Assembly: GCA_001600815.1 (NCBI GenBank) | Contig: BCKZ01000019.1 | Span: forward strand, 435,981-499,980 | Direction of reading: 5' to 3' | Length of the DNA: 64,000 nt | Source of the DNA: Alloascoidea hylecoeti | Taxonomy: Eukaryota | The notes under the pieces: generated by a model | The model's database searches: none | What the model saw: only the letters and a program-made list of their open reading frames with translations | What the model was told of the DNA's origin: nothing | Made by a program: the position numbers and the translations under genes | Part shown: piece by piece, positions 12,644 to 24,600 of the stretch | How the letters are laid out: each line of letters opens with the position of its first letter | Position numbering within the stretch: position 1 is the first letter of the stretch

Positions 12644-13819
12644 TTAAGCTTTAATAATAATTGAGCTATAAATAACTTAAAGAGCACAAAATATTTCTTA
12701 ACTGATACTGATACTATTATAATTGCTCTATTGATATTTCAATATTAATATATTGAGTACAAATATGCAATTCATTGTAAATATTTCATTAAAAGCACAA
12801 ATAAAAATACGAGCGTAATTAAGAAAGTAAATATAAACATAAACAGAGTGTAAGATTAAAGTTTAAGAAGACGTGAAAAAGGCACTCTATATATATACCA
12901 GTATATTCGATTAAGATGTGTAATCATATATGTAACTCTATATAAATAATTGATATATAGTCTTAGATATAGGTTATGATATCTGGTCTCTTGCGGGGTG
13001 ATTAAATGAGAACCACGATAATAATATAACAAAGCTAATAATGTAGTATATTACCTTTCAATTGTAAATTAAAAGTGAGCAACGCTCAATCTACCTAATT
13101 ATTTATTTACGGCGAAGTTTTACGCCTGTTTTTAAGTTTAAAGCACGCTTTAACTATATTTTCTTGTTTACATACTAACTTTATAATTATTTAGTACTAA
13201 TTTAAGGTTCTACTAATACTTCAAATCTAAACGGAAATTGTCTATCTTCGGAATCACTGTAAACAGCTTTTCAAACATTATAATAATAATAAACCCATAA
13301 AATTTGCATCCTGTATTGAGCTGTTAAATGTTTTCTATGTGTGTCTGAATGTTTATTGTTGTTAGCTTGTTAATGGGCATAATATTTTGATTGAACCATA
13401 GTATAGTGGTGCCTTCAATGGAAGAGGCTTGCTCTGTATTCCTATAATCATTCTCTGCTGATTTATTAAAAACAATTAATATTTAAATATATATACAATA
13501 GTTTCATTTTACAGATAATATAAAATTGTCATAATAGACTAATAAAAGGATCACCAAATACCTTTTTTAACATCTCAATATAACACCCTGTTTCTTCCAC
13601 CAACTCAGCTAATTCATATATTCTACTTTTATAACTATATATGGCAAACGCAATATATGCCGTGTCTTATACGTAGTGCAAAGAAAATAATCTAGAAGGC
13701 TTAACTATGCAGTGTGCACGCAGAATTGTGCACTTGAGACAATAAAGTAATGATATTCAGCCGTTTATACGTACACCCAAATCTTAATTATAATATCAAT
13801 TTTTCCAATAAAGCTTCGC

Positions 13820-14623
13820 AAGCTTCCTTTATAAACTCGGTGAATTTAAATTCAGGTAAATCCCATACAAAATGAATTTTTCCTCAATTTTTTTAGTTAC
13901 TTCCACCTAATTTTTGGCTACCCTCTCTGAAATTTGATGATATCTTCTGGGGATTAAAAGGATGAATTCTAGTTGTTGCAAAGCCTAGTCGAATATTTTT
14001 AGCGATTATACCCTCAGCGCTTGACGTCTGATACGTATTGTAATGAAATCTCTTTTTTTAGAGGCCGGTGGTTTCTGGGGATTGTTAATAGATGGAAGAT
14101 TCATCTATTCTTCCACTGGTTACTTAAATAGTGACTTTATGCCAAAGAAATTGTTTCTTCTGAATTCCTTTTTTAAGATTTGAAAATGGTCATATTGTCT
14201 TATTAGATGTATCTAACAGTCATATAAGTTTTCAATTTGTAAGCAAATATACTAACAATAGTATTAGATTCTTCATTTTTACCGAAACCCAAGTATTGGA
14301 TGAGGTATCGATATATCTTATTTTGGACAACCAAAGAGGAGGTTAAAAAGTATCTACGATGGGAAGCTAATAAAAAATCCCATCAAGCACTGCCTCAAAA
14401 AGGATTTCAATTCAATACATCGGACATCAAATGGTGAGACTATAATCCCTAAAAATATTGGATCGGGTTTTGCAACAACTGAAATCCATCCTTTTGATCC
14501 TTAAAAGATATTATCAAATTTCGGACGCCAGGTTTGAGTAGGAGAAAAAGAGGTAGAAATAACCAAAAAATTGAGGAAATACTCATTTTTTATGAGGAAT
14601 TACCGAGTTTGTAAAGGAAACTT
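13820..14623. repeat. Imperfect inverted repeat, arms 13820-13908 and 14551-14623
   Basis: Left arm aagcttcctttataaactcggt..aaatgaatttttcctcaatttttttagttacttccacct; reverse complement of right arm aagtttcctttacaaactcggt..aaatgagtatttcctcaattttttggttatttctacct. The left arm carries a roughly 16-nt insertion. Confidence 0.85.
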
Positions 14624-14860
14624 ATGTTTCCCGCGTTTGGACAAATAACTTCAAGGGGATATAGGAAACTTTATCAGCTCATATTTCTACCACAGTGCTC
14701 GAAGATCCCCTAAAAACTAATTGAAGTGGAATTCAGACTTAGAAGAAGGGAAGGAAACTAATCACACACAATTATTTGGAGATAACAAAGAGAGATGTGT
14801 GTTGGAAGCTTGGAATTAGTAACATCAATACGGCAAATTGTAGAAGAATCCTCACACTAT
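14070..14860 (+). mobile_element. pogo/Fot1-family (DDE_1) transposase relic
   Basis: 14304-14520 reads GIDISYFGQPKRRLKSIY..KKDFNSIH..KNIGSGFATTEIHPFDP*KIL, matching the Fot1/pogo QPLDVxxFGPLK and NIxSGFxxTGIxPFDPxKVL motifs. Upstream WGLLIDG resembles RLLILDG. Not in the ORF track. Confidence 0.75.
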
Positions 14861-15282
14861 AAGATTTACACAACAAAATATCGAACATATATTATCAGTA
14901 TTATGAGATCAAGTAGACTTTATTAAAACTATTTTCAATAATATACATTTGTTGGCGTTTTTTCAATTCGTGGTTGAAGTGTAATAGTTTTGGGAGTCTG
15001 AATTGTAAGTATTAAGTACGCTTTTTCATCTCAGTTTTGCTAAAAAATCAGATTTTCGGCATTATTAATTATTTGAAAAAAACTTTTCAATACTATATTT
15101 TCTTCTAATGATCTATTGTATACGTATATGTAAGTGTAATTTATAACAATCAATTTAAATAATATTTTTTATAATTTTAGAACTGTATATCTACAGGAAT
15201 ATATGCTTTTTTAAAAAATCAATATTTGATTACTTTTCATTTATTTTTATTTTTATTTTTATTTTTATTTTTATTTTTATTT

Positions 15283-17349
15283 TTATGATAGTAAAATATT
15301 CATATTATCAACCCATTGAGTCATATTTGATAAAATTCTTGGTTTAATTAAATCCCCATTTCCTGATGCAACAGTTAATACCAATTCATTTAATTCAGTA
15401 CTTCCAAGTATATCAACATGTTCAGCAGTTTTTGCACCACCTCTTATATCAAATTTATCGGGTTCATGCATCATTTCAACAATTTTGACTTCTGAACCAC
15501 CAGGATTAAAACTACTTTTTCCTTTTGCCCATATATGACACATTGAATGGGTTAAAATTGAAACAGTACCATCACCTTCACTAAATACAACAGGATCTTG
15601 AATTCCACCACCTGCCATACTTATATTTAATTGAGTATATTCTTTATTGATTTCTTCTTTATAATAATAACTACGTTCAGTTGGATTTCCAATACCGTAA
15701 AAACAATAAATTTTCATATTTGGTGCATTTGGTAAACCAACTTCTAATGGGTTTGACCATTTATTAAATTTATCATTATTTTCAATTAATTCTTCTTTTG
15801 TTTCTGCTAAACCATATGAATAATGTAAATTTGTTCTTTCTTTAAACCATGAAGATGCTTGATCTAATAAAAATTCAACAGATTCTGCCATTGTATAATT
15901 TTGATCTGAATGTTCACCAATTGTATTTCTAAATCTTAAGAAATTACCATAAGTTACATTATCAGTAATGGTTTTTTGAGGATTTCTTTTACTATATGGA
16001 TCATCAGGTGCAGATGTTAGACTACCCCAAATTTTATCACCACCTTTTGGTAACATACTTGCAATACCACCAAAAGACCTTAACATTGTTGCTCTTTCCT
16101 TTTTTGAAAAGAATTTCTCAAGACCATAAACAGCAACAGTATTTAGTTGAACTGTATCTTTCATTTCACCACTAAGTAATGCAACAATAGCCTTTGGAGT
16201 TCCAAGAGTTGATCCTGATACATCAACATAACTATCAATATATTTATCAACCCAACCTTTACCGCCATTACCGAAATGCTTACCTTCTGCTTCTACCCAT
16301 TTTAAGAAATAAAAAATAACTTGTGAACCCATAGAGTGGCCAATCAATAAAGCCTTTTCACCATTGGTTTCAACCATTGTCTCAATTCCCTTTTTCAACT
16401 TACTAAAATAACTATCTCTTCTTTCTAAATCAAGATAACTTAATCTCCAATCATAAGAAGCACTTACCATATTATTTGGATCATAACCAATAACACTTAA
16501 GTTTTCTAAAATTTTATTCCAAATCCAATAACCAGTTATGAAAAAATCAGCAGCTTCAAAACCTTGAGCAGCTCTAATTTTCACTCCAACGGGATCTAAA
16601 CCAGTTTCTGTATCCAACATAATATGTTTTAACCAACATTTTTTATCAAAAAACATTGCTTTTAACATATAAAAAGACCCCCATAAACGTTTTCTAAAAT
16701 GTTCACGACCAGGACATTCATCAGTTCCAACAGGATCCCAAGATTCTAAACCTGTTGATATAACACCAGGCACTAAAATTACCGGATGCTTTGATTTAAA
16801 ACCTTTTTGTTTTGCAAATATACCAACAGAAAATGCTTCAGATGTACCAACATCTTTCTTTGTATTTTTAGCTTCATTTAAAAATCCTGCAAGACCAGCT
16901 GGTAAATTATCCATAAATCCATCATATATTTGATTTACTTGTGAATCAAAATCGAAATCTTGTAATAGATGGGGTGTTTTTGTGCCACCTTCTGTTCCGA
17001 AATAAGCAGCTGTGATTAAACCAACCAATGCCCCAAGTACTAAACATTAAAAGATTAGGCACAAGTTAGAATGATATATGAAAAGTAAGTGGTTTTCATC
17101 AATTATAATAATAATGAAAAATTTACTTTAATTGAAAATGATTTGTAACATACCGAAGATTAGTTTTGCACTTTTATACCAATATTTCTTTTCATCTTCT
17201 TGATTTGTTATCTCAATGCTAAGTAAAGGTGAAGGTGAACTTTCTTTTGAACCTATTGAACCAATTGGAGATAATTCTTTTTGATTGAATAAAAGACTAG
17301 TTGATAATTTCCGAGGTTTTTTGGAGGAACGTCTTTTACGTGCACCCAT
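15283..17349 (-). CDS. LRO1: Phospholipid:diacylglycerol acyltransferase; exons 17349-17154 and 17039-15283
   Basis: VPGVISTGLESW, FRKRLWGS, YDWRL, GHSMG nucleophile, GDGTV and RGGAKTAEHVDILG. Intron 17153-17040 (GTATGT..CCTAAT..TAG) joins LIF/VLGALVGL in frame. Confidence 0.95.
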
Positions 17350-17628
17350 TATGGCTATCTATTTGGACTCAATGAGAAATTGAAAAAAAAATTAAAGAAG
17401 AAAAATATGAGATCTTAAATGAATAATTAATTGTTAAATTCGGAAAAAATGGAATGTCAGATAAGCCGGTTTAGCAATAATACTAGTTTTAAGTATTTTG
17501 ATGACATTAAAACACATCAACACAAAACCAAAAAAAAAAAAAACACCGTACTTCGAATTGAATGATTGTTTAAGACCAATATTTCGCATTCAAAATTTTA
17601 TGGTTTCACATGCAAAATCGGTTATATA

Positions 17629-18652
17629 ATGGTACTAACAGAGGAACAAAAGAAAAGAATAGCAGATAATAGAGCAAAAGCTCTAGAAAGATTAAAAAAT
17701 AGGGGAACGCAGAGAAACCAGACATCCTTAACTAGTGCAGTAGCAAGTACCAGTACTAATCATTCAAATAATTCTGTTCCCGAACGAAATAGCAATACTA
17801 ATTCACAACAAAGTAAGCAAAATAGTAAAAGATCGCATTCCTATATATCAAAGGATTATATCGAATATGATCTTTCGAAAATGGTGGATTCTCGGGGTGG
17901 ATTTATACCCGAAGACGATATTATAAATGATAAAAATAAGCAAACATTAAAAGAGTGGCAAGAACAACAACAAAAAGATTCCGAGATTCCGAGTTCAATA
18001 TCAAAATCAAACAAAAATAACCCAAGTTGTTTTGAATGTAATACAATTGAAATTGATTATCTTTTGTATCGAAAATTTAATAAAGCAAGAGTTTGCAAGC
18101 AATGTGAAAAGAAATACCCAGAGAAATATTCACTTTTAACAAAAACCGAATGTCGACAGGATTATTTATTAACAGATCGTAAGTACTCTCTATTTTTTGG
18201 ATATTATTGGAATTTTATGGTATTTCTGTTTGTTCAGCTTCTAAATATACTTTTTGTATGATATAGCTGAATTAAATGATCAAGATCTATTACCTCATCT
18301 TGAAAAGCCAAACCCACACAAACAAACGTATTCAAACATGATGTTATATCTTCGGTATCAGGTTGAAGAATATTCTTTCAAAAAATGGAACGGAGGAGAA
18401 GGTTTGGATGCTGAATATGAACGTCGTGTGCAGCAAACAAAAGAACGTAAAGATAAAAAGTTCTTAAAGAAGCTACAAGATATGAGGAAGAAGACAAGAG
18501 CCGAAGAATACACGAGGCGAATTAAAGATGGAAGAGGCATAGGAGATCATACACATGAATGGGGTGACGCTGTTCAAGTAGGAGACGACGAAAGAGTTGT
18601 CGCCAGAAGATGTTTTGGATGTGGGCTTGAAACCGAAGAGCTTCTAATTTAG
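17629..18652 (+). CDS. RAD14: Nucleotide excision repair protein Rad14/XPA; exons 17629-18178 and 18267-18652
   Basis: YIEYDLSKMVDSRGGF, C4 zinc finger, KYSLLTKTECRQDYLLTD/PEL, KPNPH and C-terminal RRCxxCG. Intron 18179-18266 (GTAAGT..TAG) restores TDPEL. Confidence 0.95.
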
Positions 18653-18916
18653 CAGCTTCACATCTACTTACAATTATAATGGTAGGACGATCCACGGGCT
18701 GGCTGAGGGTTTGAGACAGGCGCCGCCATACAAACCTCCAGACGGCCCCCGTACACTCGGTAACTTTATGGGGCATTTCGCTCACGTGCTCCTCAAAATT
18801 TACTTAGGTACAAAACCAATATACCAATATATATATATACCAAAAATACACTAATATATAATTGAAGTTTTTCTTCTTATGTATTTTATATATAACCGTC
18901 TAATTTAAATCCAAAA

Positions 18917-20746
18917 ATGCCCCCGAAATATTCTCCGGAATCTACTGCACAAAACTCATCTCAACTTTTGAATGATAATGCACCATCGTATGGATCAACA
19001 AACAATGCCAATACTAACTATACACAAGATTCACCATTTATAAGTAGAGATAAAGGTTCCATTAGAGCAGAAACTAAAGTGTTCTTCAAAACTTCTTCAC
19101 CACTTATTATATCGTTTTTTCTACAATATTCGTTGACGGTCGCTTCCGTTTTTTCAGTTGGCCATCTTGGAAACAATGAACTAGCTTCAGTTTCATTGGC
19201 CTCAATGACTGCAAACATAACCGGTTACGCATTAATTCATGGTATTGCTACATGTTTAGATACATTATGTGCCCAAGCCTATGGACGAAAAGATTATAAA
19301 ATGGTTGGTGTTCATTTTTTAAGATGCACCATATTAGAATTAATAATTTATTTATTTATTGCTTTTTTTTGGATTTTTTTATCAAAACCAATTTTATACC
19401 TTTTAATACCTGAACATGATTTATGTGATTTAGCTTCAAAATATTTAAAAATATTATCTATTGGTTTACCTGGTTATATTATATTTGAAAATTCAAAACA
19501 TTATTTACAAGCTCAAGGTATATTTCATGCTTCAACTTATGTTCTTTTTATAGCTGCCCCAATAAATGCTATATTAAACTATGTTTTGGTTTGGAATAAA
19601 CATATTGGATTAGGTTTTATTGGTGCTCCAATTGCTGTTGTTATAACTGATTATATCTGTTGTACTTGTTTATTACTTTATATTTTCTTTGTTGATGGTT
19701 ATCAATGTTGGTATGTCTTCAATCCAAAAACTTTTGAATTTAAATTAAGACATTGGACAAGAATGATCAAGTTAGCAGCTTCTGGTATTATAATGATTGA
19801 AGCAGAATGGATGGCATATGAAATTTTGACATTAGCCGCTTCAAGATTAGGTAAAAATGAATTAGCTGCTCAAAGTGTTGTTACAACAATATCTGGTTTA
19901 GTCTTTCAATTTCCTTTTTCAATGGGTGTTGCAATATCAACAAGAGTTGCAAATTTAATTGGTGAAACAAAAATTCATTCGGCAAAGAAAGCTTCATATG
20001 TTGCAATTTCTTATTCTGCTATATTAGGATTAATATGTGCTATTTTATTGGTTACTTTTAGGAGACTAGTTGGTTTATTATTTACTTCTGATCCTGATGT
20101 TTTAAGAATTGTAATGTCAACTATACCTGCTTGTGCATTGTTACAAATTAATGATTTCATTTGTTCAGTTTCTGGTGGTGTTTTAAGAGGTCAAGGTAGA
20201 CAAGATATTGCCGGTTATGCTAATATGATTGCATATTATTTAATATCTTTACCAGTGGCTTTCCTGTTAGCTTTTAAGTATAAATGGCGTCTTGCTGGTT
20301 TATGGGCTGGTCTTGTTGTTGCTGTTTTTATTGTTTCTATTGTACAATGTTTGGCAATTATTAAATCTAATTGGGTTAAAATAGTTGAAACTTCAATTTC
20401 TGATTCAACTGCTGAAAATGAAATGCCTCCATCTGATAGTTTATATTATTATACGGAAGTTGAAACTGAAGCAGAGACTGATATTGAAGATACTGATGAT
20501 GAAAATATGATCGGTTCAAGTAGATATTATACCGGAGTAAGTACGATTGATGAAGAAGATGAAGAAGATGAAATCCAATATCATAGGCCTCTATTAATTC
20601 ATCGTGGTGATACAGATGGGTCAAATAAAAAATCCAAAAACAAAAAATCTTCAAAGATAAATATACCTAAAAGAGATGTTTCTAGAAGGCCATCTTTAGG
20701 TGTTTTAGATGATTCATCTTTTAGAGGCAGAACTTTATCTATCTAA
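18917..20746 (+). CDS. MATE-family multidrug/ethionine efflux transporter (Erc1/Ydr338c-like)
   Basis: SVGHLGNNELASVSLASM, LDTLCAQAYG, EAEWMAYE, STRVANLIG and GVLRGQGRQ, with about 12 hydrophobic segments. A TCACGTG (Cbf1-type) site lies at 18782-18788. Confidence 0.93.
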   Translation: MPPKYSPESTAQNSSQLLNDNAPSYGSTNNANTNYTQDSPFISRDKGSIRAETKVFFKTSSPLIISFFLQYSLTVASVFSVGHLGNNELASVSLASMTANITGYALIHGIATCLDTLCAQAYGRKDYKMVGVHFLRCTILELIIYLFIAFFWIFLSKPILYLLIPEHDLCDLASKYLKILSIGLPGYIIFENSKHYLQAQGIFHASTYVLFIAAPINAILNYVLVWNKHIGLGFIGAPIAVVITDYICCTCLLLYIFFVDGYQCWYVFNPKTFEFKLRHWTRMIKLAASGIIMIEAEWMAYEILTLAASRLGKNELAAQSVVTTISGLVFQFPFSMGVAISTRVANLIGETKIHSAKKASYVAISYSAILGLICAILLVTFRRLVGLLFTSDPDVLRIVMSTIPACALLQINDFICSVSGGVLRGQGRQDIAGYANMIAYYLISLPVAFLLAFKYKWRLAGLWAGLVVAVFIVSIVQCLAIIKSNWVKIVETSISDSTAENEMPPSDSLYYYTEVETEAETDIEDTDDENMIGSSRYYTGVSTIDEEDEEDEIQYHRPLLIHRGDTDGSNKKSKNKKSSKINIPKRDVSRRPSLGVLDDSSFRGRTLSI

Positions 20747-21048
20747 ATAATTTTGATTATACATGTATTTACTTGAATTTTTTTTTTTTTTTTTGGCATA
20801 TTATAGGATTTTTTATATGCATGTGTATATATTTATAATCTAACTTTATATGGTTATTGGATAAACTTAGAGAAGATTTGGTTCATCAGACATGTTGAGC
20901 AAAAAATAGTAGAGTGACTTGAATTAAAGTAAGGACATACAGGGTAGAAATATATTAAGTCTGAAATTCAATGATATATGGCTGTAAGGCCGAAATTAAG
21001 TGGGATAAATATAGGACCACCCTGCTTTTTCCTATAAGCTACATCAAA

Positions 21049-23075
21049 ATGTTTCCATTATATTACCTTTAGCAATTTGTTTTGTATTATATCCTCGTGC
21101 AATTACTCAAAATTTAAGATGTGTAAATGATGGTGAATGTGGGGAAGTTTTAGTTCTTGAATATTTGCTGGATAAGTGTTTATAGCCAGTACAAACTATA
21201 CAGCCTTTTTACACATAATTCTTTGCTTGAATAGTTTTGTTATAAAGTATATTAATATATCCAATGAAAATATCACTTACCTTCGCCCGTTTTTCAGATA
21301 TGACAATATTATTAAAAGCATCCACACCTAACTCTAGGATTTCAGAACTTGTATCTAACTTATATTCTAAGAACATGTCATTCCATATTATCATTGGAAA
21401 CACACATTGTCACATATATATAATTACTATAATCTTTGAAAGAATAGAACACGAAAAAGTGACATTAACCTTGTGGCAGAATCAAATTGTTCCGAATTAT
21501 AATGACAACAATGAGATATTGTTGGTGGAAACTTTGTTCCTAATGCTAAGAAAGGATGAGTACGAGGATTGCTGTTCCTTAAACTAACTGCTGTTGGACT
21601 TTTGGAGTTATTGTATGTCGAAAATACAATTATTGATACGACTATTATTGATAATCGTAAGATCAATGGTGGTGACCCTAATATAAACCATACTGATGAT
21701 GAATGTGTAATACAAATAATCCCGTTGATCACTGGTTCAATTATCGTCGCATCTCGAGTGTTTATTTTCAGTCAGATTCAAAATCCGAAACAATAATAAA
21801 TTATACGCAGAATTCCCACAAACTTCTGCTTAATAAACCTTCAGATCAATTTAATTGGAAAAATACAATCTCCATTGAACCTAAAAGTACTTCTTGCCCT
21901 ACAGCCGATAATAATTATAGTATTTGGAAAGTCCCAGTCAACTTTCATGAGAAATTATATATGTAGAGCTATCACTTTGGTATCATGATCAAAAGTTTTA
22001 TACTATTTAACATTCTTTATAAGAAAAGGAAAAAAGGGATAAAAAAATCTTATGCAGTCCAACATGGTGATTTATTCACACCTGAGAAATTTATAAAAAT
22101 TAATGATAACACTGCTAAGAAATATCTAATATCAATTATTTTTCCTATTGAAAATTATAGTTTTTATCCATCTGGTCGTATTATTATAAATTGTTATAAG
22201 AAAAATAATGGATAGTAATAACAAATTACACTCAACAATGGTTTGGCAAATTAAACTCAATTATGATTTAAGTGTTTATCAATATAAGATGCGAAGATTT
22301 CGAGTGGAAATGCGCTTTACAGAAAATACCCATCTACTTATTCTTTAGATTATCATGATTAGCTCAAATTTATTTCAAATTTATTTCAAATTGATTTTAA
22401 TTGGAAAATTATAAATAATGTGTTCTTTAATAACTTATGTTGTGTTGATAATTTTCAATTATTATGAATTCCAGTTATAAGCTTTTTAAATATGATTAGA
22501 AATAATAACAATATTGAAGACCATATAAGAATTGATGCTGAATCTTTTAATTCAATATTTTCGGATACTTCAGATATATGCTGTGACTTTAATTTATATG
22601 GCGATAATAGTTATGCCAATTGCAATTGGAAAGTCATACTAGAAACTCCTAGAAATAATATCCTTCATCCTTTAATAAACATTAAGCACCCTAATTTTGA
22701 AATACAAGAAATCAAAGTTGATCCAAAAAAATAATAATATAGCAATAAAAGTTCAATATTACCGTTGGAGCTATTCCAGATATGAATGTTGAAATATTGG
22801 ATAAAAGATTTGAATATTTTATACTTTATGATATTGAAACTGAAAAATAGAAATTTATTGATTTAAATAATACATCAACTGATAACTTTCAAACTTTGAT
22901 GAACTTTGTTCTATTTGGTGAAGATTCTGTCAGTATTCCAATTTATAAGTAAATAACAGCTACAAGATCTTACAGTCCTACCGTACCACCCAAAATTGTT
23001 ACATTTCAAGCGCAAATTGCAAAACCTGCAACAAATATAAATTATTCAAAGATAGTACTGCTAAAATATACTTAA
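21049..23075 (+). pseudogene. Decayed secreted/cell-surface protein gene (possibly adhesin-like)
   Basis: Signal-peptide-like start (SIILPLAICFVLYPRAIT-QNLRCVNDGECG) after ATG 21049 with a frameshift. Successive protein-like fragments on + (ORFs 21569, 21703, 21985, 22492, to ..TFQAQIAKPATNIN) are interrupted by many stops. Confidence 0.45.
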
Positions 23076-24007
23076 TCTCATATAATACTAATAATGTAAT
23101 AAATACTTTACGTTTTGAAGAATGACTCATTCAAGAACGGGTTTATATATAAATAGTTTGTGTATTCCCACAAAATAACCACCAACTAATTAACACTTTA
23201 ATCCAAATTTATCAAATTTATCAAATTATTATATCTAACATTAAGTGATGATTAAGATTCCACTTTTTTTCCACTAATTTCGATATAAGTTTGTTTAATA
23301 CCCCGAATCGCAGCACGATAACAGACCATACTTGTTAGGGTTAACTCTGTCGCGGTGTTCTTTTACATTAATAATTATGATAAATAACACAAAAATTCTT
23401 AGCTTTGTTAGATTTAAGTAAGTCAATCATCTGAGAAATGGCAAACAGACTCTATGTTACCTTCTCAATGAACTAGACTACATAAAGAAACTTGAATTAT
23501 ATCAATCTGAATTATTTTTTAACCATTCCGGACCCTCCGTGGCGCAAAGAAAGTTAGCCTTAAAAAAATTTATAATCATATTGAATGTTTTATAATTCGA
23601 ATTCTGGGTTTAAGAGATTATGAAAAAGTCGGCCCAAACAATCAATATTAATACAATGGTATGTAGTTACTCCGCTATTAGATTTAACAGTCGTTTATTA
23701 TTAGAGGGGAATTAAAAGCGACTTTAAAGCACCACGTTAGGATAGAAAGTTACAATTTTGGGATTCTATCGAACTGAAGCTGTCATTTGGAAGGATTTGA
23801 CTTTAACCTGCCTGTGAATTCATAGAAAACTTACGATTAATACTTACTTTAGATTTATCAAATTAAAACAATTTTAATAAAATTAATATAAGGTATATTA
23901 AGTCTTCATTTTAATTCATATCACTCTACTACTTTTAGCATTAATATTATTAATATTATTGTTTTCAACATTTCAAATATTTCTATAGATGAAGCTAAAT
24001 ATAATAT

Positions 24008-24482
24008 ACTTCCTTTATTAATGTTTAAATTTTCGGTAATAACAATATCACCATACATAGTAAAAACAACTAATAGCCTTTTCGAATCAATATCAGTTGA
24101 CTAAGTTAGCTATGAATGATGATTCAAAAATTGATTCAGAAACCGATTCATGGTATGAATTATATAAAGAACGTTATCGTTTAGAACGGAAAAATGATAA
24201 ATTTACACAATATAGATGACGTGTTCATTCTGCCAAAACATTTTTTGTGTTATATTTTTTAATGGATGGCGTTGTATGTTATGCTGTCATTTTTCCAATT
24301 TGATTCTAAACGATAACGTTCTTTATATAATTCATACCATGAATCGGTTTCTGAATCAATTTTTGAATCATCATTCATAGCTAACTTAGTCAACTGATAT
24401 TGATTCGAAAAGGCTATTAGTTGTTTTTACTATGTATGGTGATATTGTTATTACCGAAAATTTAAACATTTATAAAGGAAGT
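24008..24482. repeat. 179-bp near-perfect inverted repeat (arms 24008-24186 and 24304-24482, 117-nt spacer)
   Basis: Arms compared by eye; only one mismatch seen (cctttattaatg vs cctttataaatg). Additional pairing ggaaaaatga/tcatttttcc occurs inside the spacer. Confidence 0.95.
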
Positions 24483-24600
24483 CGGTTTCTGAATCATCAT
24501 TCATCAACAAGCTTTAACTATACTATTTTAAACAATTTATATTTGTTGCTGGTTTTGCAATTCTTGGTTGAAATCAAACAATTTCGGATTTGCCATTAGC
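24483..24600 (-). pseudogene. Inverted paralogous fragment of the 21049-23075 pseudogene
   Basis: Minus strand aaattgtttgatttcaaccaagaattgcaaaaccagcaacaaatataaattgtttaaaaatagta aligns with plus 22993-23057 aaattgttacatttcaagcgcaaattgcaaaacctgcaacaaatataaattattcaaagatagta (IAKPATNIN in both). Confidence 0.7.

Noticed and set aside
13300..13670. Minus-strand frame DTAYIAFAIYSYKSRIYELAELVEETGCYIEMLKK
   Set aside because: Short, with no start codon, no convincing splice model and no recognisable family.
17566..17628. Upstream extension of RAD14 from a TTG start
   Set aside because: Non-ATG start in a eukaryote; homology begins at MVLTEEQ (17629).
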